From Spongospora subterranea f. sp. subterranea (lineage: Eukaryota): a DNA stretch of 64,000 nucleotides. The notes beneath the pieces are model-generated. The model was given only the letters and a program-made list of their open reading frames with translations, had not been told where the DNA came from and did no database searches. This document shows, piece by piece, positions 36,996-48,900 of the stretch. Position numbers and translations under genes: made by a program. Location of the stretch: positions 1 through 64,000 of the forward strand of contig JAUGWO010000081.1 of assembly GCA_049724395.1 (NCBI GenBank), written 5' to 3'. Position 1 is the first letter of the stretch. The number at the start of each line of letters is the position of its first letter.

Positions 36996-39900
36996 ATATG
37001 GTCGTCCATGGATGGTATTGCACAAGTGTAACACAATATGGTCGTCCATGGATGGTATTGCACAAGTGTAACACAATATGGTCGTCCATGGATGGTATTG
37101 CACAAGTGTAACACAGTATGGTCGTCCATGGATGGTATTGCACAAGTGTAACACAGTATGGTCGTCCATGGATGGTATTGCACAAGTGTAACACAGTATG
37201 GTCGTCCATGGATGGTATTGCACAAGTGTAACACAGTATGGTCGTCCATGGATGGTATTGCACAAGTGTAACACAATATGGTCGTCCATGGATGGTATTG
37301 CACAAGTGTAACACAGTATGGTCGTCCATGGATGGTATTGCACAAGTGTAACACAATATGGTCGTCCATGGATGGTATTGCACAAGTGTAACACAGTATG
37401 GTCGTCCATGGATGGTCACAAGTGTAACACAGTATGGTCGTCCATGGATGGTATTGCACAAGTGTAACACAATATGGTCGTCCATGGATGGTATTGCACA
37501 AGTGTAACACAATATGGTCGTCCATGGATGGTATTGCACAAGTGTAACACAGTATGGTCGTCCATGGATGGTATTGCACAAGTGTAACACAGTATGGTCG
37601 TCCATGGATGGTATTGCACAAGTGTAACACAGTATGGTCGTCCATGGGTGGTATTGCACAAGTGTAACACAATAATGTCGTCCATGGATGGTATTGCACA
37701 AGTGTAACACAATATGGTCGTCAATGGATGGTATTGCACAAGTGTAACACAGTATGGTCGTCCATGGATGGTATTGCACAAGTGTAACACAATAATGTCG
37801 TCCATGGATGGTATTGCACAAGTGTAACACAGTATGGTCGTCCATGGATGGTATTGCACAAGTGTAACACAGTATGGTCGTCCATGGATGGTATTGCACA
37901 AGTGTAACACAGTATGGTCGTCCATGGATGGTATTGCACAAGTGTAACACAATATGGTCGTCCATGGATGGTATTGCACAATTGTAACACAGTATGGTCG
38001 TCCATGGATGGTATTGCACAAGTGTAACACAGTATGGTCGTCCATGGATGGTATTGCACAAGTGTAACACATGGTCGTCCATATGGTCGTCCATGGATGG
38101 TATTGCACAAGTGTAACACAGTATGGTCGTCCATGGATGGTATTGCACAAGTGTAACACAGTATGGTCGTCCATGGATGGTATTGCACAAGTGTAACACA
38201 GTATGGTCGTCCATGGATGGTATTGCACAAGTGTAACACAGTATGGTCGTCCATGGATGGTATTGCACAAGTGTAACACAGTATGGTCGTCCATGGATGG
38301 TATTGCACAAGTGTAACACAGTATGGTCGTCCATGGATGGTATTGCACAAGTGTAACACAGTATGGTCGTCCATGGATGGTATTGCACAAGTGTAACACA
38401 GTATGGTCGTCCATGGATGGTATTGCACAAGTGTAACACAGTATGGTCGTCCATGGATGGTATTGCACAAGTGTAACACAGTATGGTCGTCCATGGATGG
38501 TATTGCACAAGTGTAACACAGTATGTAACACAATGGTCGTCCATGGATGTCGTCCATGGATGGTATTGCACAAGTGTAACACAGTATGGTCGTCCATGGA
38601 TGGTATTGCACAAGTGTAACACAGTATGGTCGTCCATGGATGGTATTGCACAAGTGTAACACAGTATGGTCGTCCATGGATGGTATTGCACAAGTGTAAC
38701 ACAGTATGGTCGTCCATGGATGGTATTGCACAAGTGTAACACAGTATGGTCGTCCATGGATGGTATTGCACAAGTGTAACACAGTATGGTCGTCCATGGA
38801 TGGTATTGCACAAGTGTAACACAGTATGGTCGTCCATGGATGGTATTGCACAAGTGTAACACAGTATGGTCGTCCATGGATGGTATTGCACAAGTGTAAC
38901 ACAATATGGTCGTCCATGGATGGTATTGCACAAGTGTAACACAGTATGGTCGTCCATGGATGGTATTGCACAAGTGTAACACAGTATGGTCGTCCATGGA
39001 TGGTATTGCACAAGTGTAACACAGTATGGTCGTCCATGGATGGTATTGCACAAGTGTAACACAGTATGGTCGTCCATGGATGGTATTGCACAAGTGTAAC
39101 ACAGTATGGTCGTCCATGGATGGTATTGCACAAGTGTAACACAGTATGGTCGTCCATGGATGGTATTGCACAAGTGTAACACAGTATGGTCGTCCATGGA
39201 TGGTATTGCACAAGTGTAACACAGTATGGTCGTCCATGGATGGTATTGCACAAGTGTAACACAATATGGTCGTCCATGGATGGTATTGCACAAGTGTAAC
39301 ACAGTATGGTCGTCCATGGATGGTATTGCACAAGTGTAACACAGTATGGTCGTCCATGGATGGTATTGCACAAGTGTAACACAATTTGGTCGTCCATGGA
39401 TGGTATTGCACAAGTGTAACACAGTATGGTCGTCCATGGATGGTATTGCACAAGTGTAACACAGTATGGTCGTCCATGGATGGTATTGCACAAGTGTAAC
39501 ACAGTATGGTCGTCCATGGATGGTATTGCACAAGTGTAACACAATATGGTCGTCCATGGATGGTATTGCACAAGTGTAACACAGTATGGTCGTCCATGGA
39601 TGGTATTGCACAAGTGTAACACAGTATGGTCGTCCATGGATGGTATTGCACAAGTGTAACACAGTATGGTCGTCCATGGATGGTATTGCACAAGTGTAAC
39701 ACAATATGGTCGTCCATGGATGGTATTGCACAAGTGTAACACAGTATGGTCGTCCATGGATGGTATTGCACAAGTGTAACACAGTATGGTCGTCCATGGA
39801 TGGTATTGCACAAGTGTAACACAATATGGTCGTCCATGGATGGTATTGCACAAGTGTAACACAGTATGGTCGTCCATGGATGGTATTGCACAAGTGTAAC

Positions 39901-40224
39901 ACAGTATGGTCGTCCATGGATGGTATTGCACAAGTGTAACACAATATGGTCGTCCATGGATGGTATTGCACAAGTGTAACACAGTATGGTCGTCCATGGA
40001 TGGTATTGCACAAGTGTAACACAGTATGGTCGTCCATGGATGGTATTGCACAAGTGTAACACAGTATGGTCGTCCATGGATGGTATTGCACAAGTGTAAC
40101 ACAATATGGTCGTCCATGGATGGTATTGCACAAGTGTAACACAGTATGGTCGTCCATGGATGGTATTGCACAAGTGTAACACAGTATGGTCGTGTCCATG
40201 GATGGTATTGCACAAGTGTAACAC
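36996..40224. repeat. 40-bp satellite array, about 80 copies
   Basis: Unit ATGGTCGTCCATGGATGGTATTGCACAAGTGTAACACA(G/A)T. A few truncated units; degenerate units continue to about 40360. Confidence 0.98.
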
Positions 40225-41148
40225 TTAGAGTCCATGATGATAACATGTACTGTATCCTATTACTGACTACTCAGTAATAATCATCCATAGTATCGCACAA
40301 GTGTAACACTCAGGGAGTGAGTTGAGACCTCTTCGATTATAAGGCGACGAGCAAGTGTAACGATTAGAATTCACTGAATTTTGAATGTTCACTTTTTCCA
40401 TTTTGAATACCGAATTTTGAATGTTTTACTTTTTTCATTTGGAATACCGAGGTATAACTGATTCAAAGGGCATAACTCTAACAATTGACAAGAACATCGA
40501 GGTCCAAAGGAGCTGTAAAACACCAAGAGGGAAAATGAGAGCGATTTTTGTAAAACAACGGAGGGTGTAGTATCAATGAAGCTGGACTTGACGCATTTGA
40601 ACAAGGCGTGAAAAACATATGCATCAGGGCGGAACGCTCTCATGCGTTATAAATAAAAATCAATCATCAACAAAATTCAGGCGGTGAATGTGTCCCTATC
40701 TAGAATGAGGGTAGTTACGATGGCCAAGCTCATTCTGGACCATTGGCTCATTCTGGACCAGTTCCGAGAACTAGCTGGCAGACCGCTTTGAAGTCCTTGG
40801 TACTAAGGCGGTCCAAGTTGTGCATCAACCGCCGCTTCGATGAAGGGTGGTACTAAGGTACTTCTTGCCGGTACACGTAGCAGACGGGGTGATGTACTTA
40901 GACAAGCCAGCCGTTTCCAAGAACACGGTTCGAGTGCTCACAACGGACAAGGGCCTTGTGTACGAGCTACCGTAGATCACGGGGATTTATACCACACATG
41001 GTCCTGTACCACCCATAAGAATTTTGCGTACATCAGTCACCAATGAACGCAGTTTTAGTGATAGCGCAGTTTCATCTCCTCCGTCAGGTAGGTCTTTTCT
41101 CCCCGAGTCCGGGGACATTTTTTTTACTTGTTTTGGCGCAGGGGAACT

Positions 41149-41538
41149 ATGGCTGGCCATCATCCTTCAGGCGTTGCTTTGGAGGTCGTCGGGATCGAAT
41201 CAGGTACCAATGGACGCTCATGTGAGGAGCATGATATTTGCGGTTCTGCCCTCACTCTGGACTCCATATTGCGATTGCGCTCTATAGAAATTGATAATGG
41301 TGTAGCTACTTGATAGCACGATGTATGTTTCATTTTGTAGTTAACTTTCGATGCAGATCAAGGCAAAGTCGAGAAAGCAATTGCCGCGTTTTGGGTGACA
41401 GATGGCGTCGATCGTTGCCTGGTTGGTTTCTTGCCGAGACATATGGTTCCGAGAGCCGCAACATTTGATAACAAAATTGCTCAAGTCGTGGAGTTGTTTT
41501 CTCAGTCTGAAAACTCATATGACCGACGTCGATCGCAC
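41149..41538 (+). pseudogene. Accessory gene of the pogo-like element, HIRAN-like domain with Cys/His insert (3' truncated)
   Basis: Intron 41300-41356 splices in frame, giving MAGHHPSGVALEVVGIESGTNGRSCEEHDICG..LRLRSIEIDNDQGKVEKAIAAFWVTDGVDRCLVGFLPRHMV... The AI.....VGFLP pattern resembles a HIRAN core (inference). Confidence 0.55.
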
Positions 41539-41801
41539 CCAATCGCCATTTCGCGTTTCTCAAATATCCAACGTAAAATATCCTCTGATATATCTTTCAA
41601 AGAGGAAGCCTGTCCCACGTGGATGGAGTTGGCATTTGGACGCGATTTCAATAATTGCTCCTTGTTGGCAATCCAGACGCGGAGCTGGCACGGCTGAATC
41701 CCATTCTCACGACAAAATGCAGCTTTAGAATCATCGAACTCTTCATAAGCTTGAACGATCTTGAGTTTGGTCGCATTGGAAATGCTTGTTCGTCGAACCA
41801 T
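41539..41801 (-). pseudogene. N-terminal HTH (psq/CENP-B-like) fragment of a pogo transposase
   Basis: MVRRTSISNATKLKIV..AFCRENGIQPCQLRVW..KEQL..SEDILRWIFEKREMAI. The DDE domain is deleted. Confidence 0.8.
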
Positions 41802-41978
41802 TTTGCTTTTTTCTGTCACGGGGGAAATCACGGGCTCCTGTACCAGGTACCCCGAAAAGATGTACATTTGGGGGGTATAAATCCCCGTGATCTACGGTAG
41901 CTGGCAGACCGCTTTGAAGTCCTTGGTACTAAGGCAGTCCAAGTTGTGCATCAACTGCCGCACTTTCGATGAAGCAGC

Positions 41979-42903
41979 TAGATCACGGGGATTTATACCC
42001 CCCAAATGTACATCTTTTCGGGGTACCTGGTACAGGAGCCCGTGATTTCCCCCGTGACAGAAAAAAGCAAAATGGTTCGACGAACAAGCATTTCCAATGC
42101 GACCAAACTCAAGATCGTTCAAGCTTATGAAGAGTTCGATGATTCTAAAGCTGCATTTTGTCGTGAGAATGGGATTCAGCCGTGCCAGCTCCGCGTCTGG
42201 ATTGCCAACAAGGAGCAATTATTGAAATCGCGTCCAAATGCCAACTCCATCCACGTGGGACAGGCTTCCTCTTTGAAAGATATATCAGAGGATATTTTAC
42301 GTTGGATATTTGAGAAACGCGAAATGGCGATTGGGTGCGATCGACGTCGGTCATATGAGTTTTCAGACTGAGAAAACAACTCCACGACTTGAGCAATTTT
42401 GTTATCAAATGTTGCGGCTCTCGGAACCATATGTCTCGGCAAGAAACCAACCAGGCAACGATCGACGCCATCTGTCACCCAAAACGCGGCAATTGCTTTC
42501 TCGACTTTGCCTTGATCTGCATCGAAAGTTAACTACAAAATGAAACATACATCGTGCTATCAAGTAGCTACACCATTATCAATTTCTATAGAGCGCAATC
42601 GCAATATGGAGTCCAGAGTGAGGGCAGAACCGCAAATATCATGCTCCTCACATGAGCGTCCATTGGTACCTGATTCGATCCCGACGACCTCCAAAGCAAC
42701 GCCTGAAGGATGATGGCCAGCCATAGTTCCCCTGCGCCAAAACAAGTAAAAAAAATGTCCCCGGACTCGGGGAGAAAAGACCTACCTGACGGAGGAGATG
42801 AAACTGCGCTATCACTAAAACTGCGTTCATTGGTGACTGATGTACGCAAAATTCTTATGGGTGGTACAGGACCATGTGTGGTATAAATCCCCGTGATCTA
42901 CGG
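41979..42903. mobile_element. Pogo-like element copy 2, inverted relative to copy 1
   Basis: All ORFs of copy 1 are mirrored with identical translations (e.g. 41502-41867 - versus 42006-42371 +). The inner TIR lacks the terminal CCG. Confidence 0.92.
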
Positions 42904-43504
42904 TAGTTCTCGGAACGTACACGTCTGGAGGCTGATCCAGTAGAGCTCATCCAAGATGCGTTAGAACTTCTGTGATTTTAAAAACGGGAGGTTCAGAGCT
43001 TGGGTCCTATGCCTCTGAGACACTGTCCCAAAACTCCATCGATTATGTCGTATGGAGAGATGTACGAAGACCATTCTAGCAGCCGTCTCCTTGAGAATCC
43101 CATCTCCCTTATGGCAGTGTCAGCGGATAGTCGTCGTGGAAGCTGAAGTGCTCGTCCACCTTGTGCGTGACTGACGGCGACAGCGTTATTAGTATCGTCC
43201 GCGCCGAGACCGGCATGTGCAGCGTATCTCTACAAAACACGGCGCAGCTGAGCGAGAATGCGACCATGTCGACGGCGGAGGTCGGTGCGGTTGTCGGGGG
43301 TAAGTTGCGTGCTACCACTCGGGTGTTGATAGCAACTATTTACCCTCCGGTATATGGCCGTACTACACCACTCCGCGTTTTTGCCCTCGTCGATCAGCGT
43401 ATTAGTGGCAATAACCGCGCTGCATGACGCACCCCACATTTTATCTGTAAGACGCATTCTGTTGAAGTGGCCATTGTTTATTCACAGAAGAAACAAGTGT
43501 CTGA

Positions 43505-46500
43505 TCAGTCTTCACCGTCATCAGAGCCACCGGGGGCTTTTTTGAACATGGGGCACCTGGAGCTGTTTGCCCTATGTCCTGTTGCATCCGTTCTTCCAGC
43601 ATTCGCACAAGTACAAGACGATATTTTTCGTTTCTTTCCGACAGAACGACGAAAACAGCGAGATAAGTTTTCTTCTGTCGGTTTTTGGTGAGATACCGCG
43701 GAGGCAGAAATCCCGAAAGATTGAACAGCTTGGCCATCCCGAAGCGATTTTGCTGCTTTGATCAAAGAAGTCACTCTGTTCATAACGAACCGATAAGTGA
43801 AATCGTCGACGCTGCTGCCGATAGAAATTAGCTCTTTGCTCTGTTTATCCAGTCGCCGGAATCGTGCCTGTTGTGTGTTGGGGACTCGTATCTGCTGTAA
43901 CATTTGCAAAGCCAAATTTGGACCGGTACGAACTGATTCCCCAGCCGTTCCGGTATTGCATTCAGAGGAATAGCCTAGTTCAGACCTGCAGACTGGAAAT
44001 TCAGGGTGATTCTAAATCCACCATCGTGGATGCAGGACTGTCTTTGAGAACAGCGGATCTTTAATTCGTGAATATACGGCGCATATACCACGACACGGAA
44101 TCAACCGCGAAGTAAAATCACGACAAGTACACGAGGCGTAGTTATTTTCAGATTTTGACGGGAGCTGAACGGTATGGACAGATCCTTGGCCACCATGACG
44201 CACAGCTTCCCATATTGAATTTACCTCATCTATACAAACGCAATCGTACTCATTCGCCAAGTTGTTCTGCTCCTTCCAAATATCATCAACTGGCTCATTC
44301 CATTCTGCCCCAGACTTGATGTATGATTTGATTTGATTTCTTGTCTTGCTTTCATATCTTGTTCTCGAACAATGGCTAATATATGATCCGGCAGCTGCAT
44401 CAAATTATAGGTGCTCAGCTCCTTTTTAAGCTGTCCATTTTCTTTGATCCGCGAATTATTGGACTCAGCACGTTGCGATGATACGTGTCCTGCAGTAAAA
44501 AACTGGGATGTGAAAGTGGCACATGTACTCTGGCGATGATTCCATAATCCCTGTAAGAATTTGGTGGCTGCTGGAAATTGAGCAAAATCTGATCTGAATT
44601 GTTCGAATTGGGCAGAAAATACGGAAGAGCTTTAAAAACGATTGAACATGAGGTCATTGCATCGTTGCATTCATTGTGTGCGAATGTCTTGCGACATCCC
44701 ACCATGGGCTGAAAACAACCCGGTCCTGAAATGGTGCAAGCAGAGTAAATGAGTCTTTTTCGGCTGGATTGCTGCAGTTGCAAATGCAGAGGCCTGATCA
44801 GTCATCAGGACAGCCTTCGAAATGCAGAAGGTTCCATCCAATATTGTGAAATCTCCTTTGGCATAACCTGTCATTGAAAATGTCTGAACAAACACTTCCT
44901 CAATTTTCATTGATTCGTCAAACCAAACATCGAAGATTCCAGAAAGTTAATTGCATCTTTGTCATTGCCGAATGCTCTCACTTTCCCCTTAGCTTTAAGT
45001 CGGTATAACAGACTAGAATCGAATCCGATGTTGGGCCACATATTTCTTAAAATCCGACGAAGCGCCCCGATACTGACGAATGGTGACAATTCTAAGATGG
45101 CAAGAGCGTCCGATGACGATCACCAGTTCAGATCTCCAAACACAATGCCGATCGTTGAAAACAGGGCAACAGCCGCCGTCTTTAATGAAAAGGACCCCAA
45201 CAAGAGTGAGCAACACCCTAATTGGAATCCGAATGAACAACCGAGAAAACTTTTCAGTTCTCCAGGAAGTTTGAAAACAGGGCAACAGCCGCCGTTGAAA
45301 AGGACCCCAACAAGAGTGAGCAAAACCCTAAGAGCATCTTCCAATACTCAAGAGCGTCCGATGACGAACACCAGTTCAGATCTCCAAACATAATGCCGAT
45401 CGTTGAAAACAGGGCAACAGCCGCCGTCTTTAAAGAAAAGGACCCCAACAAGAGTGAGCAACACCCTAATTGGAATCCGAATGAACAACCGAGAAAACTT
45501 TTCAGTTCTCCAGGAAGTTTAGTTGACCCTAGAGCATCTTCCAATACTCAAGAGCGTCCGATGACGAACACCAGTTCAGATCTCCAAACATAATGCCGAT
45601 CGTTGAAAACAGGGCAACAGCCGCCGTCTTTAATGAAAAGGACCCCAACAAGAGTGAGCAACACCCTAATTGGAATCCGAATGAACAACCGAGAAAACTT
45701 TTCAGTTCTCCAAGGAAGTTTAGTTGACCCTAGAGCATCTTCCAATACTCAAGAGCGTCCGATGACGAACACCAGTTCAGATCTCCAAACACAATGCCGA
45801 TCGTTGAAAACAGGGCAACAGCCGCCGTCTTTAATGAAAAGGACCCCAACAAGAGTGAGCAACACCCTAATTGGAATCCGAATGAACAACCGAGAAAACT
45901 TTTCAGTTCTCCAGGAAGTTTAGTTGACCCTAGAGCATCTTCCAATACTCAAGAGCGTCCGATGACGAACACCAGTTCAGATCTCCAAACACAATGCCGA
46001 TCGTTGAAAACAGGGCAACAGCCGCCGTCTTTAATGAAAAGGACCCCAACAAGAGTGAGCAACACCCTAATTGGAATCCGAATGAACAACCGAGAAAACT
46101 TTTCAGTTCTCCAAGAAGTTTAGTTGACCCTAGAGCATCTTCCAATACTCAAGAGCGTCCGATGACGAACACCAGTTCAGATCTCCAAACACAATGCCGA
46201 TCGTTGAAAACAGGGCAACAGCCGCCGTCTTTAAAGAAAAGGACCCCAACAAGAGTGAGCAACACCCTAATTGGAATCCGAATGAACAACCGAGAAAACT
46301 TTTCAGTTCTCCAAGAAGTTTAGTTGACCCTAGAGCATCTTCCAATACTCAAGAGCGTCCGATGACGAACACCAGTTCAGATCTCCAAACACAATGCCGA
46401 TCGTTGAAAACAGGGCAACAGCCGCCGTCTTTAATGAAAAGGACCCCAACAAGAGTGAGCAACACCCTAATTGGAATCCGAATGAACAACCGAGAAAACT

Positions 46501-48900
46501 TTTCAGTTCTCCAGGAAGTTTAGTTGACCCTAGAGCATCTTCCAATACTCAAGAGCGTCCGATGACGAACACCAGTTCAGATCTCCAAACATAATGCCGA
46601 TCGTTGAAAACAGGGCAACAGCCGCCGTCTTTAATGAAAAGGACCCCAACAAGAGTGAGCAACACCCTAATTGGAATCCGAATGAACAACCGAGAAAACT
46701 TTTCAGTTCTCCAGGAAGTTTAGTTGACCCTAGAGCATCTTCCAATACTCAAGAGCGTCCGATGACGAACACCAGTTCAGATCTCCAAACACAATGCCGA
46801 TCGTTGAAAACAGGGCAACAGCCGCCGTCTTTAATGAAAAGGACCCCAACAAGAGTGAGCAACACCCTAATTGGAATCCGAATGAACAACCGAGAAAACT
46901 TTTCAGTTCTCCAGGAAGTTTAGTTGACCCTAGAGCATCTTCCAATACTCAAGAGCGTCCGATGACGAACACCAGTTCAGATCTCCAAACACAATGCCGA
47001 TCGTTGAAAACAGGGCAACAGCCGCCGTCTTTAATGAAAAGGACCCCAACAAGAGTGAGCAACACCCTAATTGGAATCCGAATGAACAACCGAGAAAACT
47101 TTTCAGTTCTCCAAGAAGTTTAGTTGACCCTAGAGCATCTTCCAATACTCAAGAGCGTCCGATGACGAACACCAGTTCAGATCTCCAAACACAATGCCGA
47201 TCGTTGAAAACAGGGCAACAGCCGCCGTCTTTAATGAAAAGGACCCCAACAAGAGTGAGCAACACCCTAATTGGAATCCGAATGAACAACCGAGAAAACT
47301 TTTCAGTTCTCCAGGAAGTTTAGTTGACCCTAGAGCATCTTCCAATACTCAAGAGCGTCCGATGACGAACACCAGTTCAGATCTCCAAACACAATGCCGA
47401 TCGTTGAAAACAGGGCAACAGCCGCCGTCTTTAATGAAAAGGACCCCAACAAGAGTGAGCAACACCCTAATTGGAATCCGAATGAACAACCGAGAAAACT
47501 TTTCAGTTCTCCAGGAAGTTTAGTTGACCCTAGAGCATCTTCCAATACTCAAGAGCGTCCGATGACGAACACCAGTTCAATCTCCAAACCAATGCCGATC
47601 GTTGAAAACAGCAACAGCCGCCGTCTTTAATGAAAAGGACCCCAACAAGAGTGAGCAACACCCTAAAACGAATGAACAACCGAGAAAACTTTTCAGTTCT
47701 CCAGGAAGTTTAGTTGACCCTAGAGCATCTTCCAATACAAGAGCGTCCGATGACGAACACCAGTTCAGATCTCCAAACATAATGCCGATCGTTGAAAACA
47801 GGGCAACAGCCGCCGTCTTTAATGAAAAGGACCCCAACAAGAGTGAGCAACACCCTAATTGGAATCCGAATGAACAACCGAGAAAACTTTTCAGTTCTCC
47901 AGGAAGTTTAGTTGACCCTAGAGCATCTTCCAATACTCAAGAGCGTCCGATGACGAACACCAGTTCAGATCTCCAAACACAATGCCGATCGTTGAAAACA
48001 GGGCAACAGCCGCCGTCTTTAATGAAAAGGACCCCAACAAGAGTGAGCAACACCCTAATTGGAATCCGAATGAACAACCGAGAAAACTTTTCAGTTCTCC
48101 AGGAAGTTTAGTTGACCCTAGAGCATCTTCCAATACTCAAGAGCGTCCGATGACGAACACCAGTTCAGATCTCCAAACACAATGCCGATCGTTGAAAACA
48201 GGGCAACAGCCGCCGTCTTTAATGAAAAGGACCCCAACAAGAGTGAGCAACACCCTAATTGGAATCCGAATGAACAACCGAGAAAACTTTTCAGTTCTCC
48301 AGGAAGTTTAGTTGACCCTAGAGCATCTTCCAATACTCAAGAGCGTCCGATGACGAACACCAGTTCAGATCTCCAAACACAATGCCGATCGTTGAAAACA
48401 GGGCAACAGCCGCCGTCTTTAATGAAAAGGACCCCAACAAGAGTGAGCAACACCCTAATTGGAATCCGAATGAACAACCGAGAAAACTTTTCAGTTCTCC
48501 AGGAAGTTTAGTTGACCCTAGAGCATCTTCCAATACTCAAGAGCGTCCGATGACGAACACCAGTTCAGATCTCCAAACACAATGCCGATCGTTGAAAACA
48601 GGGCAACAGCCGCCGTCTTTAATGAAAAGGACCCCAACAAGAGTGAGCAACACCCTAATTGGAATCTGAATGAACAACCGAGAAAACTTTTCAGTTCTCC
48701 AGGAAGTTTAGTTGACCCAGAGCATCTTCCAATGCGCATCTAATCACACAAGTACCCATTTGAACAAGGAAATCCGATCGTGAACTGCACTGGCACCTAA
48801 CCAAACCCGTTGGTTTTGTGCAAACCACGCACGCGTACATTTTTTGACGAAACTGCTAAGATTTCTTCTTCAGGTTGCGTTATAGAACGATTCTTATCCC
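43505..48900 (-). pseudogene. Mutator-like (MULE) transposase with SWIM and C-terminal zinc finger, disrupted and split by a tandem array
   Basis: RCSG..GCSFRFQ (WRKY/FAR1-like), TILDGT, LMTDQASAF, HLLCLHHF, SWIM SCTCRDFTSRLIPCRGICAV..HPRW, C-terminal CTC..GHRANSSRCP. Confidence 0.85.
45101..48733. repeat. 200-bp tandem array, about 18 copies, derived from the MULE transposase gene
   Basis: Near-identical 200-bp units (ORF track repeats every 200 bp). The first and last units continue into unique transposase sequence. Confidence 0.97.

Larger units (their letters stand above)
40970..41897. mobile_element. Internally deleted pogo-like (Tc1/mariner) element, copy 1
   Basis: TIR CCGTAGATCACGGGGATTTATACC at both ends, each flanked by TA. 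Holds two convergent truncated ORFs. Confidence 0.88.

Noticed and set aside
36950..40246. Very long Cys/His-rich ORFs (up to 1076 aa) on the minus strand
   Set aside because: They are an artefact of a stop-free 40-bp satellite. All three frames give the same permuted peptide, with no unique flanking domain.
42905..43430. Possible DIRS/retroelement remnant hosting the pogo insertion
   Set aside because: No motif is recognisable with confidence; a profile search is needed.
45254..48739. Dozens of repeated 66-109 aa ORFs
   Set aside because: They are translations of the 200-bp tandem unit, not separate genes.
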